Source: Terriglobia bacterium
GTDB taxonomy: Bacteria; Acidobacteriota; Polarisedimenticolia; Polarisedimenticolales; JAIQFR01
Assembly (NCBI GenBank): GCA_963748015.1
Contig: CAVVHE010000004.1
Span: 256,001-320,000 of the forward strand
Length of the DNA stretch: 64,000 nucleotides
Direction of reading: 5' to 3'
Below, piece by piece: positions 18,975 through 27,819 of this stretch; within the stretch, counting starts at the first letter, position 1; each line of letters starts with the position of its first letter. The notes under the pieces are model-generated. The model worked only from the letters and a program-made list of their open reading frames with translations. It was not told the origin of the DNA and searched no databases. The position numbers and the translations under genes are program-made.

Positions 18975-20420
18975 TCAACTCTCGGGCGGGATCGGGCTGA
19001 TCACGAGCAGGCGCATCTCGGTGTAATCTTCGATGGCGAAGCGCGGGCCTTCGCGGCCCTGGCCTGACCCCTTGACGCCGCCGTAGGGCATCGGGTCGAG
19101 GCGGTAGGTCGGGACGTCGTTGAGCACGACGGCGCCGACCTCGATCCTCTCCCACGCCGCGAGCGCCGCTCCGATGTCGCGCGTGAAGATCCCGGCCTGG
19201 AGGCCGAAGTCGGACCGGTCCACGTCGGCGATCGCCTCGTCGATCGAGCGGAACGGCTCCACCGCGACGACCGGGCCGAAGACCTCCTGGGCGCGGACGC
19301 GCATCCCCGGGCTCGTTCCCGTGAGCACCGCGGGCTCGACGAGGTTTCCGCTGCGGCCACCTCCCGCGAGGAGCCGAGCGCCTCCCTCCACCGCCTCGCG
19401 CACCCACGCGACGAGCCGCTCCGCGTCGCCGGCGGAGATCACGGGGCCGACCGTCGTCGTCTCGTCGAGCGGGTCCCCCAGCACGAGAGCGCCCACGCCG
19501 TCGAGGAGCAACCTCACGAAGGGATCGAAGACTTCCTCGTTGACGCGGATCCGCTGCACCGAGATGCAGCTCTGGCCGGCCTGCCAGAAGCCGCCCGCTA
19601 CCGCGCGCGCGGCGGCGAGTGCCAGGTCGGCCGACCGGTCCACGATGAGCCCGGCATTCCCGCCGAGCTCGAGCACGACCTTCTTGCGACCGGCGCGCCG
19701 TCTCAATTCCCAGCCGACCGCCGGCGAGCCGGTGAACGACAGCGCGCGCGTCCTTGGGTCCTCGACGAGCGGCGCCGCGTCGGCGCCGCGCAGCGGGAGA
19801 ACCGACACCGCCTCTTCCGGCACGCCGGCGTCGAGGAGGAGCTCTGCGAGGTCGAGCGCCGAGAGGGGGGTCTTCGACGCCGGCTTGAGCACGAAGGAGC
19901 AGCCCGCGGCGATCGCCGGCGCGATCTTGTGGGCGACGAGGTTGAGCGGGAAGTTGAACGGCGTGATGCAGGCCACGGGGCCCACCGGGAAGCGCCGCCA
20001 GAGGGCGAGGCGCCCCTCGTTGCCCGGGAAGAGGTCGAGGGGGAGGACCTCGCCGCCGTTCCTGAGCGCCTCCTCGGCCGAGGTGCGAAAGGTGAGCGCC
20101 GCCCGGTCGACTTCGGAGCGGGCCTGCAGGATCGGCTTGCCCGCCTCGAGGGCGATGGTGCGCGCGAACCTCTCCTTCTCGAGGGCGAGGCGGCGGGCGA
20201 CCTCGTGCAGGATCTCCGAGCGCTTCCAGGCGGGGAGCGCCCGGACCGCCACGAAGCCGCGCGCGGCGGCATCGAGGGCCAGGTCGAGATCCGCCGGACG
20301 CGCGAGCGACACGTCGGCGACGGGCCGGCCGTCGAACGGGCTCGTCACCTCGAGCGTGGCGCCGGACTCGACGCGGCGCCCTCCCACGATCAGCGCGCGC
20401 CGGCCGGCCCGCGCGCTCAT
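18975..20420 (-). CDS. Aldehyde dehydrogenase family protein
   Basis: ITPFNFP, FTGS, LELGGN, AGQSCIS (catalytic Cys), EVFGPV, PYGGVKGSG. Confidence 0.95.
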   Translation of the reverse strand: MSARAGRRALIVGGRRVESGATLEVTSPFDGRPVADVSLARPADLDLALDAAARGFVAVRALPAWKRSEILHEVARRLALEKERFARTIALEAGKPILQARSEVDRAALTFRTSAEEALRNGGEVLPLDLFPGNEGRLALWRRFPVGPVACITPFNFPLNLVAHKIAPAIAAGCSFVLKPASKTPLSALDLAELLLDAGVPEEAVSVLPLRGADAAPLVEDPRTRALSFTGSPAVGWELRRRAGRKKVVLELGGNAGLIVDRSADLALAAARAVAGGFWQAGQSCISVQRIRVNEEVFDPFVRLLLDGVGALVLGDPLDETTTVGPVISAGDAERLVAWVREAVEGGARLLAGGGRSGNLVEPAVLTGTSPGMRVRAQEVFGPVVAVEPFRSIDEAIADVDRSDFGLQAGIFTRDIGAALAAWERIEVGAVVLNDVPTYRLDPMPYGGVKGSGQGREGPRFAIEDYTEMRLLVISPIPPES

Positions 20421-21445
20421 CGATTTCCCTCCGCCAGCCGGGCGAGGCGCTGCAGGTTCTCCCGGCGGCCCAGCGCGACCAGCACGTCGCCGGGGGACGG
20501 CGCGACGTCCGGCGACGGATTGAACAGCAGATCGCGGTCGGCGCGGCGGATTCCCACGACGATGACGTCCATCTCGCGCCGGATCGGCGCCTCGCGGAGC
20601 GTCACCCCGGCGAGCGGCGAGCCCGCGGCGATCTCCACTTCCTCGATCGCCAGGTCGGCCTCGCCACGACGGGTGAAGAGGTCCATGAACGCCGTCACGG
20701 ACGGGTGGAGGAGCTGGCGCGCGAGCAGGCGGCCTCCGCTCTGGTACGGATCGAACACGTGGTTCGCTCCCGCGGAGACGAGCTTCGGGCGGTTCTTCTC
20801 GCTCGAGGCGCGGGCGACGATCGTGAGCCCCCGGTTCAGGTTCCGCGCCGTGAGGGTGACGAAGAGATTGTCGGCGTCGTGCGGGAGAACGGTGGCGAGC
20901 GCCCGGGCCCGCTCGACTCCGGCGGCCAGCAGCGTCGCGTCGTCGGTGGCGTCCCCGGCGATGTGGGGAAATCCCAGGTCCTCGACCTCCTCGAGGCGGG
21001 CGGGGTCCTTCTCGACGACGGTGAACGGAGTCCCGAAGATCTCGAGCTGCTCGGTCACCGACCTCCCCATGCGGCCGAAGCCGCAGACGATGACGTGGTC
21101 CGTGAGGCGCCGGTTCTCCATGATCATCCTCCGTCTGCGAAACACCCTTCCGCCGATCGCCGCCTCGGTCACCTTGGAGGCCAGTAAGCCGAGCGTCCCG
21201 ACCCCGAGGAGGATCAGGACGCTCGTGAACACCTTCCCCAGCGGACCGAGCGGGCGGACCTCGCCGAAGCCGACGGTGCTCAGCGTGATGACGGTCATGT
21301 AGAGCGCGTCGAGCCAGGGGATCTTCTCGATCCAGCGGAATCCGAGGGTGCCGACGACGAACAGCGCGGCGAAGAAGATCGCGACGCGCCGGATCTCCCT
21401 CGATGCGCGGCGCGTTCCGTGGTCCTGGCCACCGAGCCTCGCCAT
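20417..21445 (-). CDS. Potassium channel with RCK (TrkA-N/TrkA-C) domains
   Basis: TLSTVGFGE filter between two TM helices, HVIVCGFGRMG, TrkA-C tail. Confidence 0.93.
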   Translation of the reverse strand: MARLGGQDHGTRRASREIRRVAIFFAALFVVGTLGFRWIEKIPWLDALYMTVITLSTVGFGEVRPLGPLGKVFTSVLILLGVGTLGLLASKVTEAAIGGRVFRRRRMIMENRRLTDHVIVCGFGRMGRSVTEQLEIFGTPFTVVEKDPARLEEVEDLGFPHIAGDATDDATLLAAGVERARALATVLPHDADNLFVTLTARNLNRGLTIVARASSEKNRPKLVSAGANHVFDPYQSGGRLLARQLLHPSVTAFMDLFTRRGEADLAIEEVEIAAGSPLAGVTLREAPIRREMDVIVVGIRRADRDLLFNPSPDVAPSPGDVLVALGRRENLQRLARLAEGNR

Positions 21446-21663
21446 GCCCACCCCCGGCGGCGTCGGGAGCACCCGGAGCCCGCCCGAGTCGTCCCGCGCG
21501 ACTCACGCGATGACTCGGACGGGTTCCCGGGGCGCCGCGCGTCCGAATGATAGCGCCGGGCCTCGACGGGCGGGTGGGGTTCGTGTCATCTTTCCCACAT
21601 TCCCGGAGCGGACCGGGACGCAGGCCGGCGCCGGGGCCGTGAGCCCGGCGGGAGGGACATGTC

Positions 21664-22887
21664 ATGGTTCATCTCTCCGAAGCGCTGAGCCTGCCCGTGT
21701 TCGACGCGGCGGGGAAGCGGGTCGGCCGCGTGGCCGATCTTCTCGCCGATTCCTCCCGCGGGATCGTGGAGCATCTCATCGTCCGCGCCGGGCGGCGGCG
21801 CTCGCGCATCAAGTGGGAGGGAATCGAGAGCTTCTCGCCCGAGACGCGCCGGGTCGTTCTCTCCGAGGGCGCCGCCGTCGAGCCGGCGCAGATCCCGTCC
21901 GCCGACCTGCTCCACCTCAAGCGGGACGTCCTCGACCGGCAGATCATCGACATCCAGGGGAGGAAGGTCGTCAAGGTCAACGACATCCTTCTCGAGCATT
22001 CCGCGGGACGCCTGGTGCTGAAGCGCGTCGAGATCGGCCTCGCCGGGGCGGTGCGCCGTCTCTTCGCCGGCCTGATCCGCCCGATCGTGTTGCGGCGCAT
22101 CGCCTCCGGCCTCGCCGAGCGGTCGATACCGTGGGATTACGTCGGCATCGTGGAGCCCGGAACGACGCGAATCCGCCTCAAGGTGCACCAGCACCTCGCG
22201 CGGATGCACCCCGCGGACCTCGCGGACATCCTCGAGGATCTCGGCCGCGTCGAGCGGCGGGAGATCGTGTCGGCACTCGACCCGGAGACCGCGGCGCAGG
22301 CCCTCTCCGAGGCCGAGCCGAGCGTGCAGGCCGCCGTCGTCGAGGCGATCCACGTGGAGCACGCCGCGGACCTCCTCGAGGAGATGCAGCCGGACGAGGC
22401 GGCCGACATCCTCGGCGACCTCCCGGAGGAGCGCTCGCGAGCCCTTCTCGACGCGATGCAGGAGGACGAGGCCGAGGACGTGCGGGAGCTGCTCCGGTTC
22501 CGCGACGACACCGCGGGCGGACTGATGACCACCGACTTCTTCAAGGCGCGGTCGGACTGGGCGGCCGGCCGGGCCCTCGCGGAGCTTCGGCAGGTGGACG
22601 CGGACCTGCTCGGCGAGCTGGACGAGATTCCCGTGGTCGGGGCCGACGACCATCTCGTCGGGGTCGCCCCGCTGGTGCGGCTCGTGCGCGCTCCCGAAGA
22701 TCGTCCGGTCACCGAGTTCATGCGCCGGGAGGCCAGGGCGGTCACGCCGACGACGCCGTTCAAGGAGGTCGTGGAGCGGTTCGACAAGTACCACCTCCGG
22801 GCCCTGGCCGTCGTGGACGAGTACGGAGAGCTCGTGGGCCTGATCAACATCGAGGACGTGTTCAGCCGGGTGGTCACGGGGGACTGA
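21664..22887 (+). CDS. Soluble MgtE N-terminal/CBS domain protein with PRC-barrel-like N-terminus
   Basis: DVLDRQIIDIQGRKVVKVND, MHPADLADILE, EEMQPDEAADIL, TAGGLMTT, CBS pair. No MgtE membrane domain. Confidence 0.88.
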   Translation: MVHLSEALSLPVFDAAGKRVGRVADLLADSSRGIVEHLIVRAGRRRSRIKWEGIESFSPETRRVVLSEGAAVEPAQIPSADLLHLKRDVLDRQIIDIQGRKVVKVNDILLEHSAGRLVLKRVEIGLAGAVRRLFAGLIRPIVLRRIASGLAERSIPWDYVGIVEPGTTRIRLKVHQHLARMHPADLADILEDLGRVERREIVSALDPETAAQALSEAEPSVQAAVVEAIHVEHAADLLEEMQPDEAADILGDLPEERSRALLDAMQEDEAEDVRELLRFRDDTAGGLMTTDFFKARSDWAAGRALAELRQVDADLLGELDEIPVVGADDHLVGVAPLVRLVRAPEDRPVTEFMRREARAVTPTTPFKEVVERFDKYHLRALAVVDEYGELVGLINIEDVFSRVVTGD

Positions 22888-22890
22888 CCG

Positions 22891-24147
22891 ATGCCCTTCG
22901 GCCGCTACTTCCGACGCCTGGGGACGAGCCTGGCCCTCCTGCTGGCCGTGATGGGGCCCGGCGTCATCACGAGCAACGTCGACAACGACGCAGGAGGGAT
23001 TTACACCTACTCGCTCTGCGGCGCGCGTTACGGCTACCAGCTCCTCTGGATCCTCCTCCCCGTGACGGTCGCCCTCATCGTGGTCCAGGAGATGTGCTCG
23101 CGGATGGGGACGGTGACCGGGAAGGGGCTCGCGGACCTGATCCGCGAGGAGTTCGGCCTGCGCGTCACCTTCCTCCTGATGATGGCGGTCCTCTTCACCA
23201 ACCTCGGGAACGCGATCGCCGAGTTCGCCGGCCTCGCGTCCGCCCTCGAGCTGTTCGGGGTGAGCCGGTACGTCTCCGTTCCGCTCGGAGCGGTCTTCGT
23301 CTGGTGGCTGGTGGTCTTCGGCAGCTACAAGACCGTCGAGAAGGCGTTCCTGATCGCCTGCCTGCTCTACCTCGCGTATCCGATCTCGGGGTTCCTCGCC
23401 AAGCCGGACTGGGGGGAGGCGGCGAGGGGCACGCTGGTCCCGTCGGCGACCTTCGACCTGGCGTCGGTGTCGATGATCGTCGGCATCGTCGGGACGACCA
23501 TCGCGCCCTGGATGCAGTTCTACCTCCAGTCGTCCGTGGTGGAGAAAGAGGTCCGGATCGCCGACTACGCCAAGTCGCGGCTCGACGTGATCATGGGATC
23601 GATCATGGCGGTCGTCGTGGCGTTCTTCATCGTCGTCGCGTGCGCCGCGACCCTCCACGAGGCCGGTCTCTACTCGATCGGCTCGGGGGCCGAGGCCGCG
23701 CGCGCGCTCGCCCCGCTGGCCGGGAAGTACGCCGAGACGCTGTTCGCCTTCGGCCTGGCGAACGCGTCGCTGTTCGCGGCATCGATCCTGCCGCTCGCGA
23801 CGGCGTACAGCGTCTGCGAGGGGCTCGGGCTCGAGGCGGGAGTGAACCGGAAGTTCAGCGAGGCCCCCGAGTTCTACAGCCTGTACACGGGGATCATCGC
23901 GGTGAGCGCCGGGATGATCCTGATGCCGGGGGCGCCCCTCCTCCGGATCATCCTCGTGTCGCAGATCATGAACGGCGTGCTGCTGCCGTTCGTTCTCCTT
24001 TTCATGATCCGGCTGGTGAACGACAAGGGGCTGATGGGCTCCTTCACCAACGGCCCGGTCTACAACGTGATCGCCTGGGCGACCACGGTGGTCCTGGTCG
24101 GCCTGACCGCGCTCATGGTGGTGACGAGCTTCCTCCCCGCCACTTGA
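22891..24147 (+). CDS. NRAMP-related divalent cation (probably Mg2+) transporter
   Basis: GPGVITSNVDNDAGGI instead of DPGN, GTTIAPWMQF instead of MPH, about 11 TM helices. Confidence 0.85.
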   Translation: MPFGRYFRRLGTSLALLLAVMGPGVITSNVDNDAGGIYTYSLCGARYGYQLLWILLPVTVALIVVQEMCSRMGTVTGKGLADLIREEFGLRVTFLLMMAVLFTNLGNAIAEFAGLASALELFGVSRYVSVPLGAVFVWWLVVFGSYKTVEKAFLIACLLYLAYPISGFLAKPDWGEAARGTLVPSATFDLASVSMIVGIVGTTIAPWMQFYLQSSVVEKEVRIADYAKSRLDVIMGSIMAVVVAFFIVVACAATLHEAGLYSIGSGAEAARALAPLAGKYAETLFAFGLANASLFAASILPLATAYSVCEGLGLEAGVNRKFSEAPEFYSLYTGIIAVSAGMILMPGAPLLRIILVSQIMNGVLLPFVLLFMIRLVNDKGLMGSFTNGPVYNVIAWATTVVLVGLTALMVVTSFLPAT

Positions 24148-24155
24148 TCTTGCTG

Positions 24156-24184
24156 TTGACAGCCTTGGTCCCCGGCTGCATTCT
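24156..24184 (+). promoter_or_regulatory. Candidate sigma-70 promoter for mntH
   Basis: TTGACA-N17-CATTCT, ending 6 nt before the GTG start at 24191. Confidence 0.55.
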
Positions 24185-24190
24185 TCCCGC

Positions 24191-26134
24191 GTGCCGGGCC
24201 CATCCGACGACCGTGGCGAGAGCCGCCCCCTTCGATCCCTCTCCGAGGTGCACGAGTCCGTCGCCGTCCCGCGTCAACCGACGTTCTGGAGGCGCCTGTT
24301 CGCGTTCTCGGGGCCGGCGTATCTCGTCAGCGTCGGGTACATGGACCCCGGGAACTGGGCCACGGACATCGCCGCGGGCTCCCGTTTCGGCTACAAGCTG
24401 ATCTGGGTCCTCGTCATGTCGAACCTCATGGCCCTGCTGCTGCAGAGCCTGTCGGCGCGGCTCGGCATCGTCACCGGCCTCGACCTGGCCCAGGCCTGCC
24501 GCTCGATGTACAGCCGGCGGGTCTCCTGGGCGCTGTGGGTCCTCTGCGAGATCGCGATCGCGGCCTGCGACCTCGCGGAGGTTCTCGGTTCGGCCATCGG
24601 CCTGCAGCTCCTCTTCGGACTCCCGCTGGCCGCGGGGGTCCTGATCACCGCGGTGGACACCCTCCTCATCCTGGTCCTACACGCCCGCGGCATCAGGATG
24701 ATGGAGGCGTTCATCGTCGTCCTCATCACCACGATCGGGGTCGCGCTCGGGGTGGAGATCTTCCTCTCGAGGCCCGAGTGGGGCGGCCTCGTGCGCGGCG
24801 TCGCCCCGTCGCTGCCGGCCGGCTCGCTCTACTTCGCGATCGGCATCCTCGGCGCCACCGTGATGCCGCACAACCTGTACCTCCACTCCGCGCTCGTGCA
24901 GTCGCGGCGGATCGCCCGCACGCCGGCCGGCATCCGGAGCGGCGTGAAGTTCAACGTGATCGACTCGTTCGTGGCGCTGAACGGCGCGTTCTTCGTGAAC
25001 GCCGCCCTCCTGGTGATGGCCGCAGCCACGTTCCACCGCGCCGGATACAACGACGTCGCCGAGATCCAGGATGCCCACCGGCTGCTCGAGCCGATCCTCG
25101 GCGCGGCGATCGCCCCGATCGTGTTCGCGGTGGCGCTCATCGCCTCGGGCCAGTCGTCCACCGTGACGGGCACCCTCGCGGGACAGATCGTGATGGAGGG
25201 GTTCGTCCAGCTGCGGCTCCGCCCGATCGTGCGGAGGCTGCTGACGAGGGCCCTCGCGATCGGCCCCGCCCTCGTCGTGATCCTGTCGATGGGGGAGGGG
25301 GCCACCGGGAACCTCCTGGTGCTCTCCCAGGTGGTGCTCTCGCTCCAGCTCTCGTTCGCGGTGATCCCGCTGGTGCACCTCGTCTCCGACCGGCGGTGGA
25401 TGGGGCAGTACGCGATCGGAGCCGTCACGCAGGCCGCGGCGTGGATCGTCGCCGGGACGATCGCCGCGCTCAACCTGTGGCTCGCGTCGGAGCAGATCGC
25501 GGGGTGGATCGCCGGCGCGGGCGCATACGCCTGGCTCGTCGCCCTCACCGTCGTTCCGGGGTCGTTCGCCCTCTTGGCGCTCCTCGCGTACGTCGCGGTC
25601 GTGCCCGCGCTCGAGCGCCGCCGCGGCGAGCCCACCCCGGCCCACCCCGGAGTCCACGGCCACGGCGTGGTCCCGGACGTCGTGCCGCCGAAGGCGCCGC
25701 GGCGCATCGCGGCCGCGGTGGACTTCTCCACTTCGGATGGGCCCGTGCTTTCCCACGCTGTCATGCTGGCCCGGTCCGCGGGGCGAGGAGCCGCCGTCCT
25801 GCTCATGCACGTGGTCGAGTCGGGCGGCGCTCGGATCCTGGGGGGCGAGCTGAGGGACGACGAGGCCCGCGCCGATCAGGAGCGTCTCGAGATGTACGCC
25901 CGGGAGCTGGGAGAGCAGGGGGTGGAGGCGACCTACGATCTCGGCTTCGGCGAGCCGCCCATTGCGCTCGCCGCCTTGGTCGAGAAGTACCGTCCGGACC
26001 TGGTCGTGGTCGGCAGCCACGGGCACCGCGGGGTGGGCGACTTCGTTCACGGCACCACGGTCGAGCGGCTGCGGCACCGCATCGCGGCGCCGGTCCTGGT
26101 GGTGCCGGCCGGCGGCGGTCCCCGGGAGGGCTAG
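24191..26134 (+). CDS. mntH: Mn2+/Fe2+ NRAMP transporter with C-terminal universal stress protein domain
   Basis: YMDPGNW, GATVMPHNLYLHS, GQSSTVTGTLAGQ. USP motifs AAVDFS and VVGSHGHRG. Confidence 0.93.
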   Translation: MPGPSDDRGESRPLRSLSEVHESVAVPRQPTFWRRLFAFSGPAYLVSVGYMDPGNWATDIAAGSRFGYKLIWVLVMSNLMALLLQSLSARLGIVTGLDLAQACRSMYSRRVSWALWVLCEIAIAACDLAEVLGSAIGLQLLFGLPLAAGVLITAVDTLLILVLHARGIRMMEAFIVVLITTIGVALGVEIFLSRPEWGGLVRGVAPSLPAGSLYFAIGILGATVMPHNLYLHSALVQSRRIARTPAGIRSGVKFNVIDSFVALNGAFFVNAALLVMAAATFHRAGYNDVAEIQDAHRLLEPILGAAIAPIVFAVALIASGQSSTVTGTLAGQIVMEGFVQLRLRPIVRRLLTRALAIGPALVVILSMGEGATGNLLVLSQVVLSLQLSFAVIPLVHLVSDRRWMGQYAIGAVTQAAAWIVAGTIAALNLWLASEQIAGWIAGAGAYAWLVALTVVPGSFALLALLAYVAVVPALERRRGEPTPAHPGVHGHGVVPDVVPPKAPRRIAAAVDFSTSDGPVLSHAVMLARSAGRGAAVLLMHVVESGGARILGGELRDDEARADQERLEMYARELGEQGVEATYDLGFGEPPIALAALVEKYRPDLVVVGSHGHRGVGDFVHGTTVERLRHRIAAPVLVVPAGGGPREG

Positions 26135-26233
26135 TCACCATGGAACGACCGGCTCCGATTCGCAGTTGACGTAGGTTACGCTGCGAATCGGTGAAGAACC
26201 GTAGCGCAGAGCTACATGCGAAAGGAGCCGGTC

Positions 26234-27376
26234 ATGGGGAAGGATAGCCGATTCGTGGGCCTGGACGTACATGCGGACTCGATCGCGGTGGCGGTTGCGG
26301 AGCCTGGCGGCGAGGTTCGGTCGTTGGGGATCATTGGCAACAAGCCGGAGTCGGTGAGAAAGCTGATGAAGAGGTTGGGTTCGGCTAGGGGTCTCAAGGT
26401 CTGCTACGAGGCGGGGCCGACGGGATACGTCCTGTACTGGCAGTTGACCGAGATGGGGATTCACTGCGACGTGGTGGCGCCGACGTTGATACCGGTGAAG
26501 CCCGGTGACCGGGTCAAGACGGATCGTCGCGACGCAACGAAGCTGGCGAAGAGCTACCGGGCCGGAGAGCTGACGCCGGTTTGGGTGCCGGATGCGGCGC
26601 ACGAAGCTCTGCGGGATCTGGTGCGCGCTCGGGAGGCCGCGAAGGGGGATCAGCTTCGGGCGCGGCACCGACTTCAGAAGTTCTTGCTTCGGCATGGGCG
26701 CCGAGCTCCCGCGAAGGTGAAGCCGTGGACGGAGACCCATCTCGCGTGGGTGAGGCAGGCCGTTGGGTTCGAGGCCCCGGCTCAGCAGGCGGTGCTGACG
26801 GACTACTTGGCGGAAGTGGACCACGCACGGGAGCGAGTCAAGCGGCTCGAGGGGTCGATCGACGAAGCGATCGAAGCCGCGCCTGAGGGAATACGGGCCG
26901 TGATCGATGCCCTCCAAGCCCTTCGTGGCATCGCCAAGGTGAGCAGCGTCACGATCGTCGCCGAGGTCGGCCAGCTTTCCCGCTTCTCTCGCCCGCGGCA
27001 GCTGATGGGGTACAGCGGAGCGGTGTCCAGTGAAGACTCCTCCGGAGGGCGGACCCGGCGAGGTGCGATCACCAAGACGGGCAATGCCCATCTGCGCCGG
27101 ATCGTCGTGGAAGCGGCCTGGGCCTACCGGCACCGCCCTGCCGTCGGTGGGGCGCTCCGCGTGCGTCAAGAGGGGTTGAGCGAGGACGTGAAAGAGATCG
27201 CCTGGAAAGCCCAGCATCGCCTTCACCAACGCTACCGACGGTTGGCCGCCAAGGGGAAGGTCAAGCAGCAGGTGGTCACCGCGGTGGCCCGGGAGCTGTT
27301 GGGGTTCATTTGGGCCATCGGCGTGCACGTCGAGAGACAGATGCCGGCGGTGGGCCGCAAGCGCCAAGCTGCATGA
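26234..27376 (+). CDS. IS110-family transposase/recombinase
   Basis: DEDD RuvC-like residues (GLDVH, CYEAG, KTDRRD), C-terminal DSSGG serine and ITKTGN. RBS AAGGAG before ATG 26234. Confidence 0.96.
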   Translation: MGKDSRFVGLDVHADSIAVAVAEPGGEVRSLGIIGNKPESVRKLMKRLGSARGLKVCYEAGPTGYVLYWQLTEMGIHCDVVAPTLIPVKPGDRVKTDRRDATKLAKSYRAGELTPVWVPDAAHEALRDLVRAREAAKGDQLRARHRLQKFLLRHGRRAPAKVKPWTETHLAWVRQAVGFEAPAQQAVLTDYLAEVDHARERVKRLEGSIDEAIEAAPEGIRAVIDALQALRGIAKVSSVTIVAEVGQLSRFSRPRQLMGYSGAVSSEDSSGGRTRRGAITKTGNAHLRRIVVEAAWAYRHRPAVGGALRVRQEGLSEDVKEIAWKAQHRLHQRYRRLAAKGKVKQQVVTAVARELLGFIWAIGVHVERQMPAVGRKRQAA

Positions 27377-27416
27377 AAACGATCAGGTAGGGAAGGGATG
27401 AATCCGGGACGGAGCC

Positions 27417-27606
27417 GGCGGCGGTCGAGGGGCACACGGGAAGGAGGATCCTCGTGGCTCCTATGCGACAGGCCCTCGCTGGCCGGATCCGCGATGCTAG
27501 TCCGAGGCAGCTCCCGACGGATCACGATTATGACGGCGCGCCCTTGGGGGCCGATCCGCGAATATCAGAGTGATCAACCGTCGAGTCAGCCGCCTCGACC
27601 GCCGCC
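27417..27606 (+). ncRNA. Predicted bridge/seek RNA of the IS110 element
   Basis: Perfect 14-bp closing stem 27417-27430/27593-27606 encloses two internal-loop hairpins with segments matching the target and donor junctions. Confidence 0.75.
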
Positions 27607-27819
27607 TGTTCCGCCCCGGCGAGGAACCGAACGGAGGTGTCTCGGGTCGGAAGCTCGAGGTTGACAGGTCGTTCCATATCAGGAGCCTGTCCGAGTAATG
27701 CTCCTGGGGCGCGGGACCCGGCGCAGGACTCCGGACTCCGGGATCGCTCGCCAACCGTTCGTCCTCGCGGTATCCTGTTCCTTTCGGCGCGCGCTCCCGG
27801 GGCGCGCGCGGGGTTTCGA

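Larger units (their letters stand above)
26133..27680 (+). mobile_element. IS110-family element, IS1111 group, apparently intact
   Basis: Sub-terminal inverted repeats ATGGAACGACC (26140-26150) / GGTCGTTCCAT (27667-27677), 7 and 3 nt from the ends. AG core on both flanks, lower GC than neighbours, long 3' non-coding end. Confidence 0.92.

Noticed and set aside
26135..27367. 410-aa antisense ORF in the IS
   Set aside because: Mirror frame of the transposase with no independent motifs.
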